Below, one piece after another: positions 28,484 to 37,064 of a stretch of DNA of 64,000 nucleotides (the first letter of the stretch is position 1; each line of letters starts with the position of its first letter). The stretch comes from Thermoanaerobaculia bacterium (GTDB lineage Bacteria > Acidobacteriota > Thermoanaerobaculia > UBA5066). The notes under the pieces were generated by a model. That model saw nothing but the letters and a program-made list of their open reading frames with translations. It made no database searches and had not been told where the DNA came from. Location of the stretch: the NCBI GenBank assembly GCA_963719225.1, contig CAVRAY010000002.1, positions 672,001 through 736,000 on the forward strand, in the 5' to 3' direction. A program made the translations under genes and the position numbers.

Positions 28484-29124
28484 CCCACCTCCATCCCCAC
28501 CACGCGCTTGGCGGCCCTCAGGTAGTTCGTGTTCGGCATGGACGCGATTCCGAGCCCCTCGACGACCGCCTTCATCCCCGCGTAGTTCTCGCTCTCGGCG
28601 CAGGCCGACTCCACCATCGCGCCGTTGAACCACACCTGCGCGTACTCGCAGATGACGCCGTCGATCGTGAAGCCCCAGCGCATCTTCTCGACCGAGACGG
28701 CCGCGAGGTCGGGGTGCGTGCGGGCAAGCGCGATGAAGTCGTCGATGGAGTACGTGTCGCGGTCCAAAGGCATCTCGACCTTGAGGCTCGCGAGGATCGT
28801 GGCGAGATCGGCCTTCCTCACGGGGAACTGGAACTTTCCCCGGGGCTGGAAGATCTCGTAGCCCTCGGGCGTGTCGCCGACCCTCGTCTTGATGTCGAGC
28901 AGGCCCTCGCGCACCTTCACGTTCGCCTCGTTCGTGCGGGAGCTCAGGAAGTATGTCTCGGCCGGCATCTTGCGGGCCTGGAAGAGAACGGTCTTCCCGT
29001 TCCACATCCGGTCCTTCACGACGTCGATCACGGCCCTGCCGAAGACCCGGAACTCGGCGCGGGGGACGATCCTGGCGGCCTCCTCGGCCGACGTCGCGGT
29101 GTTTCGGGCAAACGGATCGGACAT
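28480..29124 (-). CDS. Uncharacterised CYTH/TTM-like protein (paralog of 31945-32538)
   Basis: PRAEFRVFG, ETYF, NVKVREGLLDIK, VEKMRWGFTIDGVICE, CAESE resemble TTM tunnel strands. Confidence 0.6.
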   Translation of the reverse strand: MSDPFARNTATSAEEAARIVPRAEFRVFGRAVIDVVKDRMWNGKTVLFQARKMPAETYFLSSRTNEANVKVREGLLDIKTRVGDTPEGYEIFQPRGKFQFPVRKADLATILASLKVEMPLDRDTYSIDDFIALARTHPDLAAVSVEKMRWGFTIDGVICEYAQVWFNGAMVESACAESENYAGMKAVVEGLGIASMPNTNYLRAAKRVVGMEVG

Positions 29125-29133
29125 GGATGCTCC

Positions 29134-29871
29134 TTATCGAGTCTTCGCGGGCTCGTTGCCCGCAGAGACGAGGTCACGGAACTTGACGAGATAGAGGGCG
29201 GACAGGACGACTCCCGCCACGAGCCAAAGCGGAGACCTTCGGCTCGGCACGACCTCCAGCTGCATCGACGTGTCGTCGCCCTGGTCGACGTCGCCGAGCC
29301 TCAGGAGCGCGTTCTGCCGGTCGTCTTCGCCGCCGAGCCGGACGCGCGGCTCCGCCTCGAACGTCGTCTGCTTCGGGAGCTGCTCGCGGATGGCCTGAAA
29401 GCGGAAACCCGCTGGGAGGGTCACGAGGACACGGAAGTCCTTGATGAGCGTGACCTGCGAGTTCACGAAGGCGTACCGGAGCATGCGGCTGTCGCGGGGC
29501 ATCGTCATCTTCACTCCCGGCGCGGGGACCGGGGCCCTTGCGAAGATCCTCGGGACGTCGAAGCTGAACGCGAGCCGGCTCGCGCCGGTCGTTGCAGGCG
29601 GCAGAGTCACCTGGAACGTGGCCGCCTCGCCCTGGGGCGACTCCAGGCGAAGTCCTTCCGTGGCTTCCGTCAGCCGGAAATTCGTCGCGGCGCCATGGCT
29701 GAGGGGAACCACGACCGTCTCCGAGGGGCCGCCCGCGATGACGAGCGTCGTCGTCCCGCGGCCCGCGCCGCCGGCGTCGACGTCCAGACGCGTCACGTAT
29801 TCCCGGATCTCCGCCGCGGAGGCGGCGCCCGGGAGGGACGCGAGAAGCGCAAACGCGAGGATCCTCTTCAT
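29134..29871 (-). CDS. Exported beta-rich protein with C-terminal membrane anchor
   Basis: Signal peptide MKRILAFALLASLPGAASA; C-terminal TM LWLVAGVVLSALYLV; ATGA overlap with the DASS stop. Confidence 0.75.
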   Translation of the reverse strand: MKRILAFALLASLPGAASAAEIREYVTRLDVDAGGAGRGTTTLVIAGGPSETVVVPLSHGAATNFRLTEATEGLRLESPQGEAATFQVTLPPATTGASRLAFSFDVPRIFARAPVPAPGVKMTMPRDSRMLRYAFVNSQVTLIKDFRVLVTLPAGFRFQAIREQLPKQTTFEAEPRVRLGGEDDRQNALLRLGDVDQGDDTSMQLEVVPSRRSPLWLVAGVVLSALYLVKFRDLVSAGNEPAKTR

Positions 29872-31430
29872 TTCGGCATTGCCCAGAACGACGGCGTGAT
29901 CCCGAGCCAGTGGAACCACGTGGCGGCGGAGAGGACGAGAAGGACGAGCCCGACCGTGCAGACGGTGATCCCGTACTTGAAGTTGTCGATCACGGAGTAC
30001 TGGTTCGTGGAGAAGAGAATCACGTTCGGCTTCCCGCTGATCGGGAGGCCGACGACCCAGTCGATCGTGAGCGCCGCGGGAAGCGCGAGCGACACGGGAT
30101 CCCAGCCGAGGGCTTTCGCCATCGTGATGATGATCGGGATCATGATGATCGTGCGGACGGTCTTCGAGGTCGTGAGCAGGTGGCTGTACATCATCACGGC
30201 CACGATGATCGTGAAAGCGGCGCCGAACGGGATCGTCTTGAGGTCCATCCCCCCGAACAGCTGCCGCACGCCCCACTCCGCCGCGCCCGTCCCGTCGAGG
30301 GCGAGTCCGCCGGCGTAGGCGCCCGCGCTGAAGATCAGGAGGTGCCACGGGATGTCGGCCTCCTGCCATTGCAGGACGCCCCAGCGCGGAAACAGGACGA
30401 GGACGGCGCCGAGGAGGGCGGCGAACGGCGCGCTGATCTCCACGCCGAACCAACGCATGTGGAAGATGTCCGTCATCCAGAGGACGAGGACGAGGGTGAA
30501 GATGGCGATGGCCTTCTTCTCCGGGAAGCTCAGCGGCCCCATGGCGGCGTGCTGCGCCTCGATCAGCGGGAGGCCTCCGCCCACGCTCGGGACCTGATCG
30601 GCCTGAGGGATCGGGAAGATCACCTTCCGGCCGAGGAACCAGATGATCAGCATCGTCACGATGGCGATCGGCGCGCCCGCGCGCATCCAGTCCATGTAGT
30701 AGATGCGGTGGCCGCCCATGCTCTCGATGAACCCGACGGCGATGAGGTTCGCGCTCGACCCCGTCATGCTGACGGACGAGAGCACGGAGATCCCCGCGAG
30801 GTTCAGCAGGAACATGTTCTTGCCGAAGTTGTTCGGGTGCGCCTCGCTCGACCCGTAGATGTTCGCGACGACGATCATCAGGGGCAGCGTCATGACGCAG
30901 CGGGCGGCCGTCGCGGGAATGAGCGGGGCGAGGGCGAGCTGGATGATCACGAACGCGAGGAGCGCCCAGGAGGCCTTGCGCCCGAACTTCACGATGAGGA
31001 AGAGCGACATCCGCTTGGCGAGTCGCGTCTTCACGAGCATCGCGGCGAGGATGAAGGCGAGGAGGTTGAGCCAGATGACCTCCATGCCGAGGACGTCCAT
31101 GATCGGCTTGGCCGCCGAGGTGCGCGTCACGAGCAGGAGGAACATCAGGACGAGGGACGTGACGTACGTCGGGAACGGCTCCGTGACCCACCAGGTCAGC
31201 GCGAGCAGGAAGCAGGCGGTGCCCGATTGCGCCGCCGCGCTGAGCCCCATGCCGGGCGGCAGGTAGAGGATCAGGAGAAAAAGGGCGATGCCTCCCGGAA
31301 ACCCGAGGTAGCGCATCCAGCGCTCCGTCGCGCTCTGCGCGTCCCGGGGCTTCGCCGACAGGGTCATCTTCTCCATGTCCAGGAGTTCCTGGAGCGTGGG
31401 AGCCCGGGCCGGAATCGCGCTGGACGCCAC
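29868..31430 (-). CDS. DASS/SLC13-family anion symporter
   Basis: WWVTEPFPTYVTSL, LIPATAAR, SMTGSSANLIA, IPWHLLIFSAG, LPISGKPNVI; ~12 TMs. Confidence 0.9.
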   Translation of the reverse strand: MASSAIPARAPTLQELLDMEKMTLSAKPRDAQSATERWMRYLGFPGGIALFLLILYLPPGMGLSAAAQSGTACFLLALTWWVTEPFPTYVTSLVLMFLLLVTRTSAAKPIMDVLGMEVIWLNLLAFILAAMLVKTRLAKRMSLFLIVKFGRKASWALLAFVIIQLALAPLIPATAARCVMTLPLMIVVANIYGSSEAHPNNFGKNMFLLNLAGISVLSSVSMTGSSANLIAVGFIESMGGHRIYYMDWMRAGAPIAIVTMLIIWFLGRKVIFPIPQADQVPSVGGGLPLIEAQHAAMGPLSFPEKKAIAIFTLVLVLWMTDIFHMRWFGVEISAPFAALLGAVLVLFPRWGVLQWQEADIPWHLLIFSAGAYAGGLALDGTGAAEWGVRQLFGGMDLKTIPFGAAFTIIVAVMMYSHLLTTSKTVRTIIMIPIIITMAKALGWDPVSLALPAALTIDWVVGLPISGKPNVILFSTNQYSVIDNFKYGITVCTVGLVLLVLSAATWFHWLGITPSFWAMPK

Positions 31431-31437
31431 CGTCAGA

Positions 31438-31911
31438 TCAGGTCCTGCCCCAGTTCTTGAAGGGGTTCTTGAGGAGGTTGGAGTTGAAGTACCGCGGGTC
31501 GCTCGAGACTTCCTCCCCCGCCCAGTCCGGACGGGCGAACGTCTCGGTCTCGCTCTTGAGCTCGATCTCGGCGACCACGAGGCCTTCGTTTTCGCCGTGG
31601 AAGACGTCGATCTCCCACCTCTTCCCGCCGTGAACTTCCGCGTGGCGGTGCTTGTCGATGAGGGGCTTCTCGCAGAGGTGATCGAGGAGGATCGAGGCGT
31701 CTTCGACGGGGATCACGTACTCGAATTCTGAACGGGTCACGCCCGTCGTGACACCCTTGATCGTGAGCTTCGCCCGGGCGCCCTCGATGCGAACGCGTAC
31801 GACCCTCTCCTTCTGCGTGTTCAGGTAGCCCTGCTTGAAGTGGATACCCTCGTCCTGCGGCTTCCAGGCCGCGGTCTTCACGAGGAACTTGCGTTCGATC
31901 TCTTTTGCCAT
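31438..31911 (-). CDS. CYTH domain protein (triphosphate tunnel metalloenzyme)
   Basis: EIERKFLV, QGYL, VRVRI, LTIKG, RSEFEY, WEIDVFHGENEGLVVAEIEL, DPRYFN. Confidence 0.95.
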   Translation of the reverse strand: MAKEIERKFLVKTAAWKPQDEGIHFKQGYLNTQKERVVRVRIEGARAKLTIKGVTTGVTRSEFEYVIPVEDASILLDHLCEKPLIDKHRHAEVHGGKRWEIDVFHGENEGLVVAEIELKSETETFARPDWAGEEVSSDPRYFNSNLLKNPFKNWGRT

Positions 31912-31944
31912 GAGGTCTCTCCAGGGCCCTCGAGCCCGATCGTT

Positions 31945-32538
31945 TCAGAGCTTCAGGGCTCGCTTGAGCCCAAGGGGGTAGTTGATGTTCTGTCGGCTGA
32001 CGAGGCCGAGCTCCCGGATGACGTGGAGGACGAGGGAGGGGTCTTCGTGCTCGACGCAGAAGCTCTCGAACGGGAGCCCGTCGGCGACGACACGCGCGAA
32101 TTCGCACGTCGTCCCGTCGAGCGTGAAACCCTCGCGACGCTTGACGGTCCGGACGGCCCGGAGGGCGGGGTTCGGCTCCACGACCTCGGCGAGGAGCTCG
32201 GCCAGGGTGTACGAGGCGCGCGTGAGCGCCGGCAGCGGCAGGCCCCAGGCCTCGAAGAGCTTCGGCACGATTCCGGAGTCGATCGGGAATCCCGACTTGA
32301 GGATCGGGTCCCAGAGCTCGAGGCCGTCCCCGTCCACCTGCTTTCTCCACTTGAGGTCCATGAGCCCGTCGCGGACCTTCACGTTGTGCGAGCTCGTCAG
32401 GCACACGAAGTACGTTTCCCGGGTCTCGCGGGGAGCCTGGAAGGCGGCTCCGTTCACCCTCCTCCGGAGGGCCTCCAGGGACGGGGCGAACGTGCGCCAC
32501 TCCCAGCGTGGAATCACCATGGCGGATGTGTGGCTCAT
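31945..32538 (-). CDS. Uncharacterised CYTH/TTM-like protein (paralog of 28480-29124)
   Basis: PRWEWRTFA, ETYF, NVKVRDGLMDLK, VKRREGFTLDGTTCE, CVEHED, NINY. Confidence 0.6.
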   Translation of the reverse strand: MSHTSAMVIPRWEWRTFAPSLEALRRRVNGAAFQAPRETRETYFVCLTSSHNVKVRDGLMDLKWRKQVDGDGLELWDPILKSGFPIDSGIVPKLFEAWGLPLPALTRASYTLAELLAEVVEPNPALRAVRTVKRREGFTLDGTTCEFARVVADGLPFESFCVEHEDPSLVLHVIRELGLVSRQNINYPLGLKRALKL

Positions 32539-32641
32539 CGTTCGGCTCCAGCTGCCTCGCGTCGGGACAGGCCGGCGGGGCGTGGTTGGTCCGCGCCCCG
32601 CCGAGGGAAGAGAAGTCCGTTCCGGTGTCGTTTCCGAGCGC

Positions 32642-34066
32642 CTAGAAGTTGAACGCGAGACGACTCGAGAAGATCTGGAAGCTAGGATCGTAGATCTTGG
32701 CGCCTGTCGGGCTGTAGCCCTTGTTGCACAACGCGTTCTCGTTGTTGTCCACGAAGCTGTAATTCACCATGAAGCGGAGGTTCTTCCGGGGGTAGTAGTT
32801 GACACCCAGGGTAGTGATCTTCTCGATGCCCCCCTTGACCGGGTCGACGGCGGTGAGGTCGTCCTGGGTCCCCACCTCGTAGCGGGCCACGAGCTCCACG
32901 GCTCCCGCCTTCGTCTTCGGCGTGGTCGTCTTGAAGACGAAAGAATCACCGGCGACATAAGCCTTCTGGCCATTGAACACGTAGGAGACCTGGAAGTACC
33001 AGGTGGAGAAATCGTGGTCGATGACGCCGGCAGCCCGCTGGGCGGCGGTCGAGGGGACCAGCTTCAGGGCGGTCGAGTCCCAGACCATGTCCGGGGCGCT
33101 CTTGCGGTTGACCTTCATCCACTCGTACTCGCCGAGCCAGGAGAGGGCTCCCCACTGGCCGGCGAATTCAATACCGGTCAGGAGCTGGTTGTTGACGTTG
33201 GTGACACCGGCGTTGAGGAACTTGGCGCCGTTGATCTTCCCGACCGACGGCCGGCCCGAGAAGTCCACGGCATAGACGCGCGGGGCGCCGGCCGCGGGCA
33301 TCCAGTCGGAGACGGCCGCTCCCAGGTGAATGAGGTGGGTGGCGTCCTTCTTCAGCGGGAGGCCGGCGAGGCGGAGCGCCGCTCCGTAGCCCTGGTTGTC
33401 GACCATCTTGTAGCCGGCGTCGCTCGCGGCGTTGTAGTTCCCGACGGTGTCGTCGAGCGACTGCCCGAAGAGGCCGGCCTTGGCGTAGAGGCGGTCATTC
33501 GAGATGCTGTAGTAGATGCCGAGGTGCCGGGAAGGGTTCCAGATGTCGGCGAAGGAACGCTCCATGACCCAGGTGTTGGTGTTGGACATCAAGGTCTCGA
33601 ACCCCATGGGGACCTTCTGGTGGCCGACCTGGATGACCTGGTCCTTGAAGCCGTTGTACTCCACGATGATGGTCTTGTAGCCGACCTCGCCGCCGGTCAG
33701 CTCGAAGTCGGCCTCGGCGGCCCACTTGGAACCCAGGTTGAGTTCGAAGCCGAGGCGGGCGGTCCGGATCATGGTCCCGCCGAGCAGATGGTTGTTGCTG
33801 CCGCTGAACCAGATGCCGTCCAGGTAGGCGCGGCCGGTCAGCTTGGCGCTGAGGCCGTCAATCTCCGGATCCTTCGCCTTCTTCCCCTCGGCGGCGGGCT
33901 TGGCCTGCCCGGCCTTCGCCTCGGCCTTGGCGGCGTCCTTCTTCGTGAGCTTCTCGACCTGCTGCTCGAGGTCACGGATCCGCTTCTCGGTGTCAGTGGG
34001 CTCCTGCGCCATGACCGGCGCGGCCAGCAGGGCGAGGAGCAGCGGGGTCACGATCGACTTCTTCAT
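32642..34066 (-). CDS. OprO/OprP-family phosphate/pyrophosphate-selective porin
   Basis: Signal peptide, coiled coil, IRTARLG, QVGHQKVPMGFETLMSN...MERS, WYFQVSYVFNG, ELVARY, TLGVNYY, C-terminal Phe. Confidence 0.88.
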   Translation of the reverse strand: MKKSIVTPLLLALLAAPVMAQEPTDTEKRIRDLEQQVEKLTKKDAAKAEAKAGQAKPAAEGKKAKDPEIDGLSAKLTGRAYLDGIWFSGSNNHLLGGTMIRTARLGFELNLGSKWAAEADFELTGGEVGYKTIIVEYNGFKDQVIQVGHQKVPMGFETLMSNTNTWVMERSFADIWNPSRHLGIYYSISNDRLYAKAGLFGQSLDDTVGNYNAASDAGYKMVDNQGYGAALRLAGLPLKKDATHLIHLGAAVSDWMPAAGAPRVYAVDFSGRPSVGKINGAKFLNAGVTNVNNQLLTGIEFAGQWGALSWLGEYEWMKVNRKSAPDMVWDSTALKLVPSTAAQRAAGVIDHDFSTWYFQVSYVFNGQKAYVAGDSFVFKTTTPKTKAGAVELVARYEVGTQDDLTAVDPVKGGIEKITTLGVNYYPRKNLRFMVNYSFVDNNENALCNKGYSPTGAKIYDPSFQIFSSRLAFNF

Positions 34067-34132
34067 GGTCACTCCTACTCGTTATGGGGCCTTGCCTCGC
34101 GGGCGAGGCGCATGAACGTCTGGACTTCGTTT

Positions 34133-34148
34133 CGCAAAGGCCGAGCCA
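34133..34148 (-). promoter_or_regulatory. Sigma-54 promoter of the porin-CYTH-DASS-pit operon
   Basis: Minus strand TGGCTCGGCCTTTGCG with exact GG-N10-GC spacing; near-identical to 36986-37001. Confidence 0.8.
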
Positions 34149-34223
34149 CCGTGCGCGCGTGTGTCAACTGACTGCATTCAGGTGAATTGCGGCGATCCGA
34201 CCCGCCGCCGCGCGCGACGCGGG

Positions 34224-34260
34224 TTGCGGGAACCCGCACGCGCTGTGCGGGCGCCCGCGT
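34224..34260. promoter_or_regulatory. Tandem palindromic UAS pair
   Basis: TTGCGG-GAAC-CCGCAC (34224-34239) and GTGCGG-GCGC-CCGCGT (34245-34260), 21-bp period. Confidence 0.75.
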
Positions 34261-34271
34261 GCGGGTCTCGC

Positions 34272-34311
34272 AAAAAAAAAGGGAAGCGGACAGGAGGTGG
34301 TCCGCTTCCCC
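34272..34311 (-). terminator. Intrinsic terminator after the pyrophosphatase gene
   Basis: 11-bp stem GGGAAGCGGAC/GTCCGCTTCCC followed on the minus strand by T9. Confidence 0.9.
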
Positions 34312-34334
34312 GTATGACGGGATGGAGGAGTGCG

Positions 34335-35102
34335 CTACTCGCCGAGGTTCTTCGCGCCCGGCCAGCGGTAGAGGTACGGATTGCCCTTCTCGTCGAGCGG
34401 CCGCCGGTCGGCGTCCGTCGTGACGGAGTTCTCGTAGTCGAGGACGGCGTTGCCGATGAGCTTGATCGTCTCGGCGCGGCCCTTGAAGCCCGGCGAGCTC
34501 AGGAAGAGCTTGCCGTCCTTGTCGCGGCCCTTGTAGGACGTGAACCAGGTCTGCAGGATCGAGGTCACGCCGGGGAACTTGCGGTCCAGCTCGTCGATGC
34601 TGCGCACCGAGAAGAACGGCGTGTTCTCCATGACGACGACGACCTTGTCGTCCTTTTCGCCGGTGTCCATCAGGCTCATGATTCCGATCGCGCGGCCGCG
34701 CACGACGGAGCCCGTCGGGACGGACGGCCCGAGAACGACCGCATCCAGCGCGTCGCCGTCGCCGCCCTTCGACTTCAGGAGGACGGAACGCGGGATGTTG
34801 CCGTAGTTGCACGGGTAGCCGAGGTACTGGACGTACCGCGGGGCGCCGGCCTTCTGCTCGAGCTCCATGTTCCCGGACTTCAGGTCGACCATGTACTTGG
34901 CGGTCGTGCCCGCGGGGATCTCGATGACGACGTTGACGGTCCCGTCGACGTTGACGGGGTCGTAGCCGCTCAGAAAGTTTCTTTCGCCCTTGAGGACGGA
35001 AACTTGCGGCTGAAGCGTCTCGGCCGCGGCCGAGACGCCGACGGCCGTCCCGAGCAGCAGCGCGAGGGCGACGACGCCGGACTTGATGAGGTTCTTCTTC
35101 AT
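34335..35102 (-). CDS. Family I inorganic pyrophosphatase with predicted signal peptide
   Basis: VVIEIPAG..AKY, YPCNYGNIP, GDGDALDAVVL, MDTGEKDDK, WFTSYK; N-terminal MKKNLIKSGVVALALLLGTAVGVSA. Confidence 0.92.
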   Translation of the reverse strand: MKKNLIKSGVVALALLLGTAVGVSAAAETLQPQVSVLKGERNFLSGYDPVNVDGTVNVVIEIPAGTTAKYMVDLKSGNMELEQKAGAPRYVQYLGYPCNYGNIPRSVLLKSKGGDGDALDAVVLGPSVPTGSVVRGRAIGIMSLMDTGEKDDKVVVVMENTPFFSVRSIDELDRKFPGVTSILQTWFTSYKGRDKDGKLFLSSPGFKGRAETIKLIGNAVLDYENSVTTDADRRPLDEKGNPYLYRWPGAKNLGE

Positions 35103-35125
35103 GGTGTGTCAGCTCCTCGTTTCGT

Positions 35126-35968
35126 TCACGACGGGTCGTCGTTGTTCGCGGCTTTGGGCTTCTTGGTCTTCTTCTTCGGGGCGTCGGCCGGCTTGTCGGC
35201 GGGCTTCTCGTCGGCCTTCGCGGCCGTCGTCTCGGCCGGCTTGGCCTCGAAGGGCTTCTCGTACCGGATCACGGGCGCCCCGGGCTCCATCACGACGATG
35301 TGCGGGCGGCTCTTCTTCTTCGCGTCGTCGTACGCGAGCTTCGGGCTCTTCATGAGCTCTTCCCGGATCGGCTCGGGCGCGTACTCGAGGAGATAGGCGA
35401 CGTTCCCCCACGTCGCCGTGCCCGGGTCCACGATCTCGTGGACGAGTTTTGCGGCGTTGACGAGCTGCTCCGGCGTGCGGTCCGCGTTGTGCTTCGAGTA
35501 GCGGCCCGACTTGTTGTTGAGCGTCCAGGTGTTCGACGCCTTGTCGTAGAGGATCTCGCCGCTGATGCGGCCCGGGGCGCCACCGAGCTCGGAAACGTGG
35601 CCGAAGTTCTCGCGCGTGCCGGGCTTGCGCTGGGACTGGTCCTCGGGGCGGAAGAAGCCCTTCTCGTACGTGCGGCCGAGCGGATGGGCGGCCTCGGGGG
35701 CGATTGCGACGCGGCCTTCCGTGTCGATGACCCAGTTGTAGGGCGCCATCTTCACGTCGAGGATGGCCGGGAAGTCCTTCGAGGCGATCTGGAGGTACGG
35801 GTTCAGGATCACCTTTCCGGTCTTGTCGGCCTCGTAGTGCTTGATGTACGCGGGCTGCGAGGCGACCCCGTAGGTCTGGTCGAGCGAGGCCGGGGCCTCG
35901 GCGCACAGGGGCAGCGCCGAGAGCAGCAGGCCTCCGAGGAGGGTCTTGAGCGTGTGTTTCATTGCCAT
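35126..35968 (-). CDS. Exported protein of unknown function
   Basis: Signal peptide ending PLCA; core YNWVID...GHVSELGG..GRISGEI...NNKSGRYS; Lys/Ala/Pro-rich tail; GGAG RBS. Confidence 0.75.
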   Translation of the reverse strand: MAMKHTLKTLLGGLLLSALPLCAEAPASLDQTYGVASQPAYIKHYEADKTGKVILNPYLQIASKDFPAILDVKMAPYNWVIDTEGRVAIAPEAAHPLGRTYEKGFFRPEDQSQRKPGTRENFGHVSELGGAPGRISGEILYDKASNTWTLNNKSGRYSKHNADRTPEQLVNAAKLVHEIVDPGTATWGNVAYLLEYAPEPIREELMKSPKLAYDDAKKKSRPHIVVMEPGAPVIRYEKPFEAKPAETTAAKADEKPADKPADAPKKKTKKPKAANNDDPS

Positions 35969-36000
35969 GTGTCTCCTTGCGTGGTGCCTGGATGTGGTGG

Positions 36001-36960
36001 CTATTTCGCCGGAACCGGTCTGTTCATGAGCTTGCGGACCTTCGAGCCGCCCCACTTCGCGCCGTCGGGCATGCCGAGAGAGCCCAGCTCGCCCATGACG
36101 ACCTTCAGGAGGAACTGTTCGCCGGCCGCGTGCGTCTGGGCGACGCCGTAGAAGTCGACGTCGCCGTAGCCGTAGGAAAAATCGTACAGATAGGGCGCGC
36201 CGCCCTCCTTCGTCGCCCAGCCTTCCATGGAGACGCCGCAGGGCTCCGTGCCCGGGAGGACGACGGCACCGGGGCGAACGCGGTACGACCACGCCTTCGT
36301 CCCGACGAGCTTCGTCGTGGCAGGGAGGCCCAGCTTCAGGAGCTCGGGCATGAACTTTCCGAAGTCGCCGAGCGTCCTCTCGCCGAGGTCGGCGGGCTTC
36401 ACGGAGAAGGACGAGCCCTTCTCGATGATCTCGACGAGGCCGCCGCCGGGAGCGGGGCCGACGTTGCCCTCGGCCTCGGTCTTCGTTTTGAGGTCGACGA
36501 CGGCGAGCGGGGTCGCGAGCGTCTTCATCGCATCGTCGAAGATCGCCTTGACCGTCACGGAGACTTTCTCGTCCGGCTTGCCGTCCTTGTACTTCGTCGT
36601 GATGCGGACGAGGTAGCCCTTGCTCCAGAGCGCCTGGTCGGGCGTGTCGAAGTATTCCTTCGTCGACATCTCGAGCTTGAGCGGGTTCTTCTCCTTCTCG
36701 GTGACCGTGAAGCCCGTCTTCGCGGCGGCCGCCTTCACGCGCGTCCAGATGGCCTTGAACGCCTCCTCGGGCGTGCCCGTGGCCTTCGCGGGGTCGATGA
36801 GGAACTTGTACTCGCGCCCGCCGACGTCCTCGAGCTTCGGGGCGGGGTACTTGGCGATGGTCTGCTCGTAGAGCGGCTTCGGAGCGTCGGCCGCGGCCGC
36901 CATGCCGGCGGCGGCGACGAGAGCCGCGAGGAGCAGCCGTGGGACGGCACGGGTCTTCAT
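36001..36960 (-). CDS. Exported protein, probably CYTH/TTM-like
   Basis: Signal peptide; GREYKFLID (EXEXK-like), YFDTPDQALWSKGYLVRI, VTVKA, KTEAE; AGGAGG RBS. Confidence 0.65.
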   Translation of the reverse strand: MKTRAVPRLLLAALVAAAGMAAAADAPKPLYEQTIAKYPAPKLEDVGGREYKFLIDPAKATGTPEEAFKAIWTRVKAAAAKTGFTVTEKEKNPLKLEMSTKEYFDTPDQALWSKGYLVRITTKYKDGKPDEKVSVTVKAIFDDAMKTLATPLAVVDLKTKTEAEGNVGPAPGGGLVEIIEKGSSFSVKPADLGERTLGDFGKFMPELLKLGLPATTKLVGTKAWSYRVRPGAVVLPGTEPCGVSMEGWATKEGGAPYLYDFSYGYGDVDFYGVAQTHAAGEQFLLKVVMGELGSLGMPDGAKWGGSKVRKLMNRPVPAK

Positions 36961-36985
36961 GAGAATCCTCCTGCGCCCACCGCGG

Positions 36986-37001
36986 TGCAAGGCCCGAGCC
37001 A
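36986..37001 (-). promoter_or_regulatory. Sigma-54 promoter of the exported-enzyme operon
   Basis: Minus strand TGGCTCGGGCCTTGCA with exact -24/-12 spacing. Confidence 0.85.
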
Positions 37002-37064
37002 TGCGGCGCGTCGCGCTTAGTCCTTGCGAGAGAGCCGATTACCGGCCACGGCGGCGCGCGGCGA

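Noticed and set aside
31438-31911. Calling the CYTH protein an adenylate cyclase (CyaB)
   Set aside because: Most short CYTH proteins are triphosphatases and the context is phosphate handling; there is no specific evidence for cyclase activity.
34073-34330. Pho box or riboswitch upstream of the porin
   Set aside because: No CTGTCAT-like 11-bp direct repeats seen; the region is explained by a terminator, UAS pair and sigma-54 site.
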